Shown: positions 1 to 13,253 of the stretch, piece after piece | Numbering within the stretch: position 1 is the first letter of the stretch | How the letters are laid out: every line of letters starts with the position of its first letter | Source: Octopus bimaculoides | Lineage: Eukaryota | NCBI RefSeq assembly: GCF_001194135.2 | Contig: NC_068986.1 | Location: forward strand, 62,397,178-62,435,860 | Length of the DNA stretch: 38,683 bases | Reading direction: 5' to 3' | Made by a program: the position numbers and the translations under genes | Notes under the pieces: model-generated | Database searches by the model: none | What the model saw: the letters and a program-made list of their open reading frames with translations, nothing else | What the model was told of the DNA's origin: nothing

Positions 1-187
1 TATATTTAAAATTAAAATTTAGATAGGAGACTTTAAAATGTAGTATCCAAACCTTGTTTTGGATATGTCCCTAGTAGAGTGCCTTGAGAGCACATTCACC
101 ACTCACAGCTGTCAGGTGTCATCTGCAGTACTGCAATTTCATCCCAGGATCTACATAAGGAATTCCTCGGTGCTTATTTAATATATT

Positions 188-1965
188 TTAAATGATTCAT
201 AGGGAAGACAGAGTACATTTTAAGCTTATTTAGCACATTTGTTTCAGTTTACATCTGCACTGCTCCCTAGTAGGTGAGGAATGATATAATGGAATTGAAT
301 GCACCCTACAGTGCAGGAGAAACCTCATCAGGTTATGTAATATGTTATAATATGTACATTTCGCTACTGTGTGTGGCAGGTTGAAGTTGGTAGGATGTGT
401 GTATTTATAGTAGTTCACATCCTGCCTCATTAATAGATTTGTGAACTTCTTTAAATGCATGCATCCTACCAAATTCATCCTGCCACTCACAGTAGCAAAA
501 TGTACATATTATAACACTGTAGTGTATTATGTAACCTGATGAGGTTTCTTCTGCATGGTAGTGTGTATTCAATTCTTTATATCACTAGCAGTATAGCCCA
601 GCGCTGCTCGAGATTAAGCTAGGATTATTAAGTGATCAAGTGCTTTATTTCAAACCAAAATAAGTAACATGGACATCAGATTTGAGCGAAATCCGTTGAA
701 ATTGGTTTGGCTGAAAATGGTTTGCTGGCAATTTGATTGGGAAATCCCATAAGGAATCAGTTTATCGGTTATTTCCACTCATTGACTGCTTTTTTTAAAG
801 TTGCATTAGAGATCTGCATAGGAAAAGGTTGATCTGAAGGTTTGCATTGGGGATGTGANNNNNNNNNNNNNNNNNNNNNNNNNNNNNNNNNNNNNNNNNN
901 NNNNNNNNNNNNNNNNNNNNNNNNNNNNNNNNNNNNNNNNNNNNNNNNNNNNNNNNNNNNNNNNNNNNNNNNNNNNNNNNNNNNNNNNNNNNNNNNNNNN
1001 NNNNNNNNNNNNNNNNNNNNNNNNNNNNNNNNNNNNNNNNNNNNNNNNNNNNNNNNNNNNNNNNNNNNNNNNNNNNNNNNNNNNNNNNNNNNNNNNNNNN
1101 NNNNNNNNNNNNNNNNNNNNNNNNNNNNNNNNNNNNNNNNNNNNNNNNNNNNNNNNNNNNNNNNNNNNNNNNNNNNNNNNNNNNNNNNNNNNNNNNNNNN
1201 NNNNNNNNNNNNNNNNNNNNNNNNNNNNNNNNNNNNNNNNNNNNNNNNNNNNNNNNNNNNNNNNNNNNNNNNNNNNNNNNNNNNNNNNNNNNNNNNNNNN
1301 NNNNNNNNNNNNNNNNNNNNNNNNNNNNNNNNNNNNNNNNNNNNNNNNNNNNNNNNNNNNNNNNNNNNNNNNNNNNNNNNNNNNNNNNNNNNNNNNNNNN
1401 NNNNNNNNNNNNNNNNNNNNNNNNNNNNNNNNNNNNNNNNNNNNNNNNNNNNNNNNNNNNNNNNNNNNNNNNNNNNNNNNNNNNNNNNNNNNNNNNNNNN
1501 NNNNNNNNNNNNNNNNNNNNNNNNNNNNNNNNNNNNNNNNNNNNNNCAAACACACTATTTCTTTTTTTCTTTCTTACTCTTTCTCTCTGTATGTCTGTCT
1601 CTCTGTCTCTCTCTCTCTCCTTCACGCACGTACGCACAGATTTGACTTCGCCATGTCAACAAACTTCAAAATTGGTAAAAGTTTATCGATTTTTACAGCT
1701 ATACACGGCTGCCTCTGAGAGAAATATTTGACGAAAACGCAGGTAGGGTCATGAACAATGTCCTCCTAAAATTGGAGCGACATGCGTGCTAATTTGTGGA
1801 CGTGCATAAACTACATTCGCGTACACACACACACACACACACATCCTCTCTTTTATAGATATAGATTCCTCACCTACTAGGAAGAAATACAGATGTAAGC
1901 CGAAACTATCGTCATGCTAAATATAAATCTTACAATGCATTCTGTCTTCCCTATCAATCATTTAA
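188..1965. mobile_element. Fold-back MITE-like element interrupted by a nested insertion
   Basis: Left arm ~188-397 is inverted-complementary (~80%) to the right arm 461-584 + 1866-1965. TTAA at both outer ends. Confidence 0.7.
585..1865 (+). mobile_element. Non-autonomous Helitron/HINE (Lep1/DINE-1-like) element containing an assembly gap
   Basis: 5' (A)CTAGCAGTATAGCCCAGCGCTGCTCG, 3' (CA)n..TTTTATAGATATAGA(T), internal (CT)n. Splits the MITE arm at an A|T step with no target-site duplication. Confidence 0.55.
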
Positions 1966-1976
1966 TACATACATAC

Positions 1977-2010
<34 letters not shown>

Positions 2011-2115
2011 TTCTTTTATTTTTTCTTTTCTTTTTCTTGTTTCAGTCATTTGACTGTGGCCATGTATATATATATGCATATGTATATTTGTATGTATATT
2101 CATATGTATATAGCT

Positions 2116-2550
2116 GCGGGAGTGGCTGTGTGGTAAGTAGCTTGCTTACCAACCACATGGTTCTGGGTTCAGTCCTAATGTGTGGCACCTTGGGCAAGTG
2201 TCTTCTACTATAGNNNNNNNNNNGCACCTTGGGCAAGTGTCTTCTACTATAGTCTCAGGCCAACCAAAGCCTTGTGAGTGGATTTGGTAGATGGAAACTG
2301 AAAGAAGCCTGTTGTATATATACATATATATGTATGTGTGTATGTTTGTCTGTGTTTGTCCCCATCACCATCGTTTGACAACCGATATTGGTGTGTTTAT
2401 GTACCCGTAACTTAGCGGTTCGGCAAGAGGGACTGATAGAACAAGTACTAGGTTTACAAAGAATAAGTCTTAGAGTTGATTTGTTTGACTAAAGGCACTG
2501 CTCCAGCATGGCCACAGTCATATGACAGAAATAAAAGAATAAAAGAAAAG
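2116..2550 (+). mobile_element. tRNA-derived SINE (CORE-like block)
   Basis: A-box-like TGGCTGTGTGGT, B-box-like GGTTCAGTCC, caccttgggcaagtgtctt block, A-rich tail. Contains a 10-N gap with duplicated overlap. Confidence 0.8.
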
Positions 2551-2561
2551 AATATATATAG

Positions 2562-2731
2562 GCACAGGAGTGGCTGTGTGGTAAGTAGCTTGTTTACGAA
2601 CCACATGGTTCCAGGTTCAGTCCCATTGTGTGGCACCTTGGGCAAGTGTCTTCTACTATAGCCTCAGGTCAACCAAAGCCTTGTGAGTGGATTTGGTAGA
2701 CGGAAACTGAAAGAAGCCCATCGTGTATATG

Positions 2732-2762
<31 letters not shown>

Positions 2763-2976
2763 ATATGTTTGTGTGTCTGTGTTTGTCCCCCTAACATCGC
2801 TTGACAACCGATGCTGGTGTGTTTAGGTCCCTGTAACTTAGCAGTTCGGCAAAATAGACCGATAGAATAAGTACTAGGATTACAATGAATAAGTCCTGGG
2901 GTCGATCTGCTTGACTAAAGGCGGTGCTCCAGCATGGCCACAGTCAAATGATTGAAACAAGTAAAAGAGTAAAGAG
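2562..2976 (+). mobile_element. tRNA-derived SINE, tandem second copy
   Basis: Same family as 2116-2550, head-to-tail. Confidence 0.8.
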
Positions 2977-3543
2977 TATATATATTTTTTATCTTTTACT
3001 GGGGCACTGCCTTGAATTTTTTACTTACAACTGTGAGTTATTCCTGCACAGTTGTGCCTATATACATCTAGACAGATTGCTTTTAATGGCATACAGGCAT
3101 ACAGAAACAATATAGCAAAGAGGTCAATACCTCTTTGCTATATTGTTTCCCTCATTGATTTTCCTCTCCTCATTATCCTGATGAACTTTAACTTATTCTT
3201 CTGCTTATAACTGACATTAAATATTTTGCTCAAGAACACAACCCGATGTCTTTATAACTAATCAGTTGGAAGGTCAGTGCAAGTGCATCTGAAACTCTAA
3301 CCTTACTGATGGCCATTACATCTACATTAAGTGATTTGAGGTCCTTTAGCTTGTGACCTTGCTTCTAAGTCAACTCTGGGTTACTCATTGGAAACCTGTA
3401 TCCAACAACATTATTGTCCACAGATTATGTATCAAAAATAAGAATAAAAACTAATAAACCAATATCCTCAACTTAACTCATGAGCAGTTAATTAACTGAC
3501 TATATCAGCTATAGAGAAAGTGTGACAAATAAAATATACTTAC

Positions 3544-3663
3544 CAAGACAAAAATGGTTGTCAATGAGCTGAAATCCTTTGAAGCAAGAACATTTGTAAC
3601 TTCCATCTATATTGTTACATATTTGATGGCATAAACTGTGGTTGTTCTGACATTCATCAATAT
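3544..3663 (-). CDS. Internal coding exon, calcium-binding EGF-like domain (most 3' exon seen in window)
   Basis: Acceptor tttttctttattgttattcAG (3665-3664), 120 nt, phase 1-1, donor G|GTAAGT. Peptide [40 protein letters not shown]. Missed by the ORF track. Confidence 0.92.
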
Positions 3664-5810
3664 CTGAATAACAATAAAGAAAAAGCAGATGAGGATAACA
3701 TATAACTTGCTTCTAGGAAAGGGCAGATTGCATGAAGTGTACGTAAGATGTGTGATACTTGCAAAATAGTTATATTTTAGCATTAAATTTTGGATAACTG
3801 CAGATTGAAGCAATAACCTCATGCATGAGAAGCATGTTGACAGGGTAGTTGAGAGAGTGACTGACCATTAAAGGCATCACTTGATATGTACAAGAATTGC
3901 AGCTGTGTTGTCATGGCTATGTAATTTGAATGGATGACATCTTTTAGATGAAAAATGTACTTTATGCTGCAGGTGGAAGATACATGAGAAGATTAGAGAA
4001 GATAAAGAAAGAAGTGGCATGGTTTAGTCTCAGCCTGTGATTACTAAACAGATGTCACAGGTTTGAAAAGTATAGTGGTATGGGGCTTTAGCATACCCAG
4101 CCAATCCACTTAGTACTGGAAAATGAATGCTAGAACGATGATAATGATAATAATGATCCATTGCATACCAGAATTCATTATCTTCAGCAATTTTCATAAG
4201 GGACAATTTTTCTCATGAATAATTCCAAACTCAACAGATCTAAGTTCTGAGTTGTTAATGTGGGAAGTAAGTTATATGTGTTGAAGTTGTTCTTGAAATA
4301 ATTAATAATTGTATTGTAATAACGTTTTAACATAGAATAAACTGTTGTACATCAGCCATCATACATAGAATTGTATAGAACTATTAGAAACAGACTTCTG
4401 AATAATGGAAAGGTAAACTGAGATGATTGGAGGATCTGGTCTAAAGCTATGTTCTATAGTAGTTTTTCTTTATCACTGGCGTATGCTAACACAAGCAAAC
4501 AATTTCTAAATTTTATAGTACAGTTGTTACTTAAAGCAGCATGTTATTCCTTCTCTGCATTGTGTATTTATTGCTAGGTGGACTGGGTCACTTGAGAATC
4601 AAATATTTTGGTCACAGATGACAATAATAGGTATAATCTGCCAACTCTTATGGCTAGTTATCTAATACTTAAATGACTTGCTCATTCACAGTACCTAAAA
4701 AAGTATGTATTCATCATCATCATAATTTAATGTCTATTTTCCATGCTAACATGGGTTGGATGGCTTGACAGGAACTGGCAAGGCCAGGGGCTGCAGACTT
4801 TATTTATTCTTAGTAATCTCCTTGTAAAAATTACATTATTTATGGGACATTTAAATATGTTTTGAACAGAAAATATTTTTCTCATCTTCCAGTTTCATAA
4901 GTAAACTCATGACATTTACATTGGTATTGTCACACAACCTGTATGTATATAGTTCTGTAATTTCCTTTAATGTTTATAACTATTAAATGTATCTTTTTAG
5001 TTTAGTTTATGTGAAATGTATTTTCATATTCTTAGTAGAATTTTCAACTTCTGTTAACATTTTCTAATAATAGGATAATTTTATTCAGTTGAATTCATAG
5101 TCCACCATCCTCCCTCTCTTATTTATTGTTATCTTTGTAGCCTCTTCCTCCTAATCATTGCAATCACCATCACTATCCTCTCCTCGTTATTACCATTTGA
5201 TATTGGATTATACAGTCTAATATTGAATTAAACATGGTAGTCCATTATCAATAACAATGTATTGACATGCACATTAGAGAAAGCAAAAGGATTAGTTTCA
5301 GGAATTCATATGGAAAAACTTTAAACTAGAATGAACTCTTCTCTCACTTTGAAAGCCCAGGTTGAGAGTTGAATTTGTGAACTTTGATTTATTATTCAGA
5401 AAAAGTTTAAAAAAAAAAAAAAAATGGAAAAAAACTCATTTGAAATGATAAAACTAATCTCATATTTTTAATGAATTTTTTTCTTAATACAAGAGAGAGC
5501 AAATCTATGAAATATTATAGGTGGCCTCTCCCATGATGATATGGCAGATGCGAAATAAAATGACATAAATCAGAGAATTCTTTTATTTTTTTCATAAAGT
5601 GTATTTATGAAAAATTTTGTTTCTAGCAATGATTTTCAAAATTTATTAAAAACTAAAAATGAAATAAACAAACAAATAAAATCCTTTCTTTTGTTACTTT
5701 AATCAAATAATCCTTTGATTTTTTATTATTGTTAGGAAAGTTTAATGTTAAACTCTATTAATGAAGTGATTTAGAGCTGTAGTTGAGATGTGTATCAAAT
5801 TATCAACTTA

Positions 5811-5918
5811 TACACACATGTACACACACACATGTACACACACACATGTACACACACACATGTACACACACACATGTACACACACACATGTACACACACA
5901 CATGTACACACACACATA
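5811..5918. repeat. ~14-bp minisatellite (ACACACACATGTAC)n
   Basis: About 7 near-perfect units of (AC)n punctuated by ATGT. Confidence 0.9.
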
Positions 5919-7250
5919 TTCCCATACACACGAAAGCAAAGAAAATAATAACAAAATTGAGAAAAGCTTTGGTGGCCCTGTAGTCCAGACACAAGATAAC
6001 TCATAATTTTAAAACAGAATTTTGATGAGAATTGAAAATTTTAGGGGATATCTTAAGATCTGACAACATACCAGGGTATTGAAATGACTGCTATTCTAGA
6101 TTATGTTTTGATAGAGTTTACTTAACTCTGTCTTTATGATATTGTGAGACAGCTACTTCACATGTCACATAAGATGTGACATTTGACTAAATTAATTTCC
6201 CAATACACTGTCATGGCATGAAAACTACAAATGCCATTATATCAAAGTATATTATGTGTGTGTGTTTAAAACATATAGAGTCTTTTGGTGGAATAAAACT
6301 TAAAATTTTTTTGTGGATTAGTTACAGGAGGAACAGCAGAGACTGCTGGGGGGCGGAGTTTATGATATGTAGCCTGAATGATTGCAATAGAATGTACTTT
6401 GCAAAAGGCACCCAGGAGCCTGGTGATGATGGATGATAACATTTACCTAAGAACAACAATAGTCGTTCACAGTTTCCATTTACCAAATTTCAGTTACAAA
6501 GCTTTTGTCAACCCAGAGTTATGAGGGAAGACACTTGACTAATGTGCCATGCAGTGGGATTGAACCAAAAATCACATAATTGTGAAGCTACCTTCTTATT
6601 GCATTATTTATACAAAAATATCCTAAATGTATATATTACCAAGCCTTATACAAATTAAAATATATTATTGAATATATCTACACTACTGAAACTATATAAT
6701 TATAACCTCTGGACTTGCTAGCTTGTATACCTAAATATTTGGTAGCACATCTAAATTATTCATACATATGTGTTTGGGTGATGTATGCAAATTATCTGTG
6801 CTGGTAGAGGAAAACTACATTTATAATTAGGTATACTGAATTTATTGGTTTTATTCCTTTATCGTTGTTTAGTTTATAATCCAACCGGTCATAACCATCC
6901 CACTTGTAAATCTAGAACTATATTATCCAACAAGTCTTTCCTTTTTAAGACGAAGTGTAATTTGAGTGATAAGGTGTTGTTTGGGTGTTATTCTTAGCCA
7001 GTCAAATGTTTATATAGAGGTTAATTCATATAATTGTCTTATATTGGAGATTAACTGCTGACAGCTGACTCAATCGATTCTGAATTACAAAAATCTATAA
7101 GCAATATGCTTAGCTCTGCTTTATGCAGTGTAATACAAATGAAAAACAGTCGACTGGTAATGTCATTATAGTGTAAGATATAATGCATTGTGATACTTGT
7201 TCCAACTCTTTGCATACTGAATATAAATCCTACCAAAATCAAATTTGCCT

Positions 7251-7252
<2 letters not shown>

Positions 7253-7306
<54 letters not shown>

Positions 7307-7970
7307 CATCCTCATCCTCATCATTTAACGTCTATTTTCCATGCTGGTATGGGTTGGACAATTTGACTGGGGACTGGCAAGCCAGGAGGCCGCACCAGGC
7401 TCCAATCTGATCTGGCAATGTTTCTCCAGCTGGATGCCCTTTCTAGCATTAGCCACATTGGCCACAACTACAATTTCTATTTGATTTGATTTGATTTTGA
7501 TTTTACTTGACCCAATAGGTCTCCTCAAGCATGGCATGTCGCCTGACGATTCAAAGGTACTTTTTAAATGGGCTGGTTATGCAACACTGGTGTAGGCTAC
7601 GGCTGTGATCTCACTTCGCTTGCCGGGTCTTCTCACTCACAGCATATCTCCAGAGGTCTCCAGTCTTTCATCATTGCCTCGGTGAGGCCCATCATTCAAA
7701 GGTCATGCTTCACCACCTCATCCCACATCTTCCTGGGTCTCCCTCTTACACAGATTCCTTCTACTGTTAGGGAGTGACACTTCTTCACACAGCTCTCCTC
7801 ATTCATACACAGCATATGACCATACCAGTGCAGTTGTCTCTCTTGCATATCACATCTGATGCTTCTTATGTCCAACATTTCTCTCTGGGCGCTTACATTT
7901 TGTCATGTGTGCTCACCGACATTACACATCCAAGCCTACACATGTCTTCAGCAGTCACAGCTCATGGTTA
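7253..7970 (-). mobile_element. RTE-clade LINE 3' fragment
   Basis: RT C-terminal peptide QERQLHWYGHMLCM.EESCVKKC..VEG...RGRPRKMWDEVVKHDL; (ATG)n tail at 7253-7323. Confidence 0.85.
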
Positions 7971-8610
7971 ATAAAAAAAATTGCAGTCACGGCCCAAGGT
8001 CAATTAAAAAATATAGGTCCTGGTCTGATACAACCTTTTCTCTCTGTAGCTGTCACATCCTGGATATTCTGCTGGGACAAGGGTGGGAGAACAGAGGGGA
8101 TGTTTGCTTATGACTACATAGGTACCTAAAATAATTAGCAAAAGCAAGGTACACATTCCCAACTTATCCTTGATTCTGAGTTATGGCTGTAGATAACTAA
8201 AACGGTTGAGAGCTAAATCTCTGATGTATAAGATACTAGGCTGTTGTATATAGCTTTCCTTGTGGAAGAAATAGACTCAGTACTGCAAACCAATTCTGTA
8301 GTACTCTTGATGTCAACAGCAGAAAATTATATCAACCTATGAAACCATGAACTTGGCCATGACAGCTAAGTTATATTGGCCATGGACATATGAAGTACTG
8401 ATGAAACAGCATGAATGAATGGCTGTTGGTTGGTTAGTCATCTATTGACTAAATCATGTTTGACCTCGAGTCCTAAAAGTGATGAATCATGAAATACTTA
8501 AGTTCCAATGCTTAAGTCCACTTAGCCATAAATGGGAATCTTGAGGAATCAGGCTTCATTGTTATAATCAAAAGATTGTTTATATTTTGAGTGTTTTAAA
8601 GAAAACCTAC

Positions 8611-8730
8611 CTAAACAGTTTGTAGTGTTAACTAGTGTATATCCAGAGTTACACGAACACTTGTAGCTTCCATCAGAATTAATACAGTTCTGTTGGCATC
8701 CACCATTTCTTACTGAGCATTCATCAGTAT
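8611..8730 (-). CDS. Internal coding exon, calcium-binding EGF-like domain
   Basis: Acceptor tttctctgttttAG (8732-8731), 120 nt, phase 1-1, donor G|GTAGGT. Peptide [40 protein letters not shown]. Confidence 0.93.
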
Positions 8731-8929
8731 CTAAAACAGAGAAATATATAAGTCTTGTAAAAAATGCTAAAAATTGAAAGAGAAAACAAAATGAATGAGA
8801 GTGTTTCATAACATTTAATTGGTTCCTTGAAACAATATAAAGACAACATCATTCCCTAATTTCCAAGAGACTTCTATAAGCCAGTGCCTAGCACATGTTT
8901 TAAGGTGTAAAGATAAATTTCACATTCTG

Positions 8930-9670
8930 GAAGGATGGTGCACAACTGCAGGTAATATTCCTATCATGTATGGAAGACCATCAGATGTTCTTGGGTGGTA
9001 GACTTAATCCATTATTCTGTTTAACACCACTACTTTGCTTTGAATGTCTTTAATGAGGTCTCACAATGATGCAAGCATTTAAACCAGGTTTCCAGTCATG
9101 TGTCATGGTTCTTTTTTCTTCACCAGTCTCAGAGACCCCACAAAATGGTTATGGGCACTGCCCCTTCTCATCTGACTAAGCCATAAAAATTAAAAGTAAA
9201 TTCTCTTTACCAATTATGAATTTCATTATGAAAAATTCATAAAGTTCTCAGTTGATATTCATTCAAATCATTTCTCACTCTTACCAACAGCTACCATAAG
9301 CATGTGCATATATTCAAACACATGTCAACCTTCATTAATGGAACCCACTTCATAGTGTTCTTTCTCTCAACAATCCAATGAAATTCTTCTGACTTCAGTC
9401 TATTTCCTCAACCCCCATTTATTTGTTACACAATTAATCTGCATTACATTTAACCTCCAAACAATTATAAAAATGCAAAAGTTTCCTCTCAATAACATTA
9501 ATGTTAGAATCCGTAATTGGAACATAACTTCTGAATTCTAATGATTTTTCAAGAAAGGATTTTGTTGTAGATGGATAGAACTCTACTACATTGAATTGCA
9601 TGAATTCATAAAGGTGTTTATCAATTATGCAACTGAATCCCTTGATAGCTATTATTTCATAATGCAAGAA
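8930..9670 (-). mobile_element. Old Penelope-like RT relic
   Basis: ORF 9434-9667 contains FMQFNVVEFYPS..LEKSLEF....I....VIERKLLHF, resembling the PLE RT block FDIVEFYPS..LL.KAL.F..RKSLLF. The remainder is heavily decayed. Confidence 0.45.
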
Positions 9671-10269
9671 AATTGGCCTATTTAATATTCGAGGGGAGCT
9701 GGTTGATTACTAGCACCACTGGTACTTATTTCACTGACCTTAAAGGGATGAAAGGCAAAGTCAACCTCAGCAGAATTTGAACTCAGAACATAAAGACGCC
9801 CAGCATGCTAATGATTCTGCCAGCTTGCCACCTTAATGGCCTTTTTAATATAAAAAATTGATAAACTCTAAAATATTTTTACTGGCTTTACTTGCCTTAC
9901 CTTTTCCCATATCTATTAATCTACATTTGATGTCAACAAGAAATTCATTTTTAGGATATTTAACAGTAATGTATATACTTCATGTGACACTAATATTTCT
10001 ACACTGTTGTTTGTTTTTTTGGCTGGTACTTAATTTTTTTTGCTTTTAAATTAATAGTATAGTAAGTTTTAATCATTTAAAAAAATTTTAAACTTTGTTG
10101 CTTATTTTGAAATAAACTTATGTTTATTTCAAAGCAAAAATCATATAATACAACCATTTTGAAGCACTAATTTTTATCTACTGATTTATGCTAATGGTTG
10201 CTTTGCCTCATTACTTTAAATTGTCAAATTAAATAAGAAAAAAAGAACCAAATTCAAGTGATTTCATGG

Positions 10270-10795
10270 GGTGAGTTCAAAATAGTTAGACAAAGCAGTG
10301 GAAATTGCTGACTATATCAACCAAGTATTTGGTCAGGGGTCTGTCAACAAAGTACAGGTTGAACTTGGTTCCCAAAATCTCAAGAGCTTTGATGATGGGA
10401 AAGGTTGCAGATGGCCTTCTGTGATTGAGAACAATCAACTGAGAGTAATTATTGAACTTCATCCACGCAAAATAATGCAAGAACCTGAAGAATAACTTCT
10501 CATTGACCATTCAACAGTTGTTTGATATTTGCATCACATGCAGATGTAAAGAAAGCTAAAAAATTGGTGGTGTAAGAGTTGTATGAAAAATAGTTTTGTC
10601 ATGATGTTTGCTCTGCACATCTTTTGCATGTTAAGAATGATTAATTTTCTGATTGCATTGTGATATGTGATGAAAATGGATTCTATACAACAATTAGTGA
10701 CATTCTGCTTAGTGACTGGATTGAGGTGATGCATGAAAACACTTTTCCAAATCAAAAGTACACAAAAAGAAGACAGTGGTCAGTTTCATATCCAT
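10270..10795 (+). mobile_element. Degenerate mariner transposase relic
   Basis: Frameshifted peptide EIADYINQVFGQGSV..GRWPSVIENNQLRVIIELHPRK..IDHSTVV..IVICDE..KHFSKSKVHKKKTVV matches the Mos1-type HTH and the first catalytic Asp region. Confidence 0.7.
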
Positions 10796-11230
10796 TACTA
10801 TTTCTTGAATCCTGGCAGGTTTACTGGGTGGGTTGGTAGGGTAGAGATGACTGGGGGAAAATGATAGAGTGAAAGATAAGAGGGGTTCAGGGGTAGGGGT
10901 TGAAGTAGGTATGTGGGGGCATTGAACATGATAGCAGATAAGTGAAGTGTTAATGATGGAGAACAAAACAACAGAAAGATGATTGGTGAAGACAGTAAGC
11001 AGGGGAAAATAATGGGAAATGGAAGTGATATGCATCTATTCTGCTCTCAGATGACAGATACGTGATAGGTGTTGGTGAGGAGATGGTTGACAGGCAGAAA
11101 GGATGCAGGTGGGCATGGGACAGAGTTGCTTTCAGACAAGTATTAATCAAGGTGGTTTAGGAGCGGTAGGTATCTCAGTCCTTTGTCTTCTTTGTAAACC
11201 TCAGTGTCTTGAGATTGGCCTTTAGTACTA

Positions 11231-12084
11231 TACATAAATAATGAAGCTAAAGCACGCAGAGTAAACCTGCTTGGCAAAGATTGACCTTGAATTCTGCTGT
11301 GCATGTACACTAAGTTTTAATGTTCTAGCTCACTTCTGCTATTTACAGCAGTGTTTGGAAGGAAGGTGTGTAGCGTGTGATCATCACATTGACCATAACA
11401 GAGAAAGTTGTCATGGTGATACCTGCTCAAAGTTGCAGAAAGTGTATGGAGAGGAGTGTATGAGCAACACACAAGTGTACGAGTGGTTCAGATGTTTCCA
11501 AGATGGCTGAAAAAAATGTTGATATTGATGAATGTTCTGGGAGACTCGCAGCCAGCAGAACTGAGAAAAACATTACAGATGTGTGTGCAGCTGTGAGGGG
11601 AAATCATCGAATTACCATCTGTGAGTTATCAGAGAATGTGCAGATTAGTTATGGTTCTGTTCAGTCCATTATAACTGAAAATTTGAGTATGAGATGTGTG
11701 TCTGCCAAGTTTGAGCCAAAACTGCTTTCAGTCGACCAATAAGACACTCAGATTTCAGTCGCACAAGATCTCCTTGATTGTGTCAAGAACGATGAAATCT
11801 TTTTGAAAACTTTGCGTAAGTCTCTCACCAGGTATCATCAAGCTTTTGACAAAATTTAATGCAGATTCTCTGCTCAACTTCCTGTCATGGTCAGTGTGAC
11901 AATCATATGCTACACACCTTCCTTCGAAGCATTGTTGTAAACAGCCAAAGTGAACTAGAACATTAAAACTCAGTGCACATACACAACAAAGTTCAAGGTC
12001 AATCTGTGCTGAGTGGCTTTACTCTGTGTGCTTTAGCTTTGTTACTACGACAACAGCCTGGATACTTATTGATCAAACCATGTA
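11231..12084 (+). mobile_element. Non-autonomous mariner (Tc1/mariner) derivative with long inverted ends
   Basis: TA flanks at 11229-30 and 12085-86. Interior encodes a mariner N-terminal HTH region (KVYGEECMSNTQVYEWF..GR..SRTEKNI..AVRGNHRITICELS..ISYGSVQSII..VSAKF.PKLL). The right ~270 bp is an inverted copy of the left end; no DDD domain. Confidence 0.85.
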
Positions 12085-12096
12085 TATATATATATA

Positions 12097-13228
12097 TCAT
12101 CATCATCATCATCATCGTCGTCGTTTAATGTTCACTTTCCATGCTGGCATAGGTTGGATGGATTGACTGAGGACTGGCAATCCAGAAACCTGTACCAGGC
12201 TCCAATCTGATCTGGCAAATTTTCTACAGCTGGCTGCCCTTCCTAATGCTAACTACTCCAAGAGAGTAGTGGGTTCTTTTGACATGCCACCAGCATGAGG
12301 GTCACTTAGGCAGTACTGGCATCAACCATGCTTGAATCATGCTTCTTATATGTCACTGGTGCCAGTCAGGCAGCACTGGCATCAGCCACGACAATGACTT
12401 CACTTGACTCAACAGGTCTTCACAAGCACAGTTTATTACCCATTGATTGAAGAGTACTCTTAAATGGCCTGTTATGCTGCACTGGCATAGGCCACAGTTA
12501 CGGTTTCACTTCTCAAGCATAGCATATCTCCAAAGGTCTTGGTCACACATCATTGTCTCCGTGGGGCCCAACATTTAAGGGTCGTACTTCATCACCTCAT
12601 CCCAGGTCTTCCTTGGTCTACCTCTTCCACTGTTAGAGTGTGACACTTTTTCACACAACTGTCCTCATCCATACACAACACATGACCATACCAGTACGGT
12701 CGTCTCTCTTGCACACCACATCTGATGCTTCTTTTCCCTCGTGACACTTACACTCTGTTGTGTATGCACACTGACATTACACATCCAGTAGAACATAGTA
12801 GCTTCATTTCTTTCAAGCTTATGCATGTCCTCAGCAGTCACGGCCCATGTTTCACTGCCACATAGCATGGCTGATTGCACGCATGCATCATACAGTTTAC
12901 CTTTTACTCTGAGTGAGAGGCCATTTGTCACCAGCGGAGGTAGGAGCTCTCTGAACTTTGCCCAGGCTATTCTTATTCTAGCAGCTACACTCTCAGAGCA
13001 TCCATCTCTGCTACTGACTTGGTCACCCAGGTAATGGAAGCTATCACCTACTTCTAGTTTTTCCCCTTGGCATATGACGGAAACTGTTTTCAGTACATTT
13101 TCAGTGTTTATTGCCCCTTAGCATTTGCCACACACAAAAAATATCTTCCCAGTTAGCCTTCCTTTGATATTGCTGCCCCTCTTATGTGCCCATAGCTTAC
13201 ACCGGGTACATCTTATGGAGTTTCTACT
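12097..13228 (-). mobile_element. RTE-clade LINE 3' fragment
   Basis: GLSLRVKGKLYDACVQSAMLCGSETWAVTAEDMHKLERNE; (ATG)n tail at 12097-12122. Confidence 0.88.
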
Positions 13229-13253
13229 GATTGAGCAGTAGATATATATATAT

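Noticed and set aside
795-1718. Long 250-290 aa ORFs in the ORF track
   Set aside because: They consist almost entirely of N-gap translated as X; not genes.
2185-2252. Direct repeat gcaccttgggcaagtgtcttctactatag on both sides of a 10-N gap
   Set aside because: Typical unmerged contig overlap.
5783-6006. His/Thr- or Cys/Val-rich ORFs and spacer-like periodic repeats
   Set aside because: Translations of an (AC)n-based minisatellite; not protein-coding and not a CRISPR array (no unique spacers, eukaryotic context).
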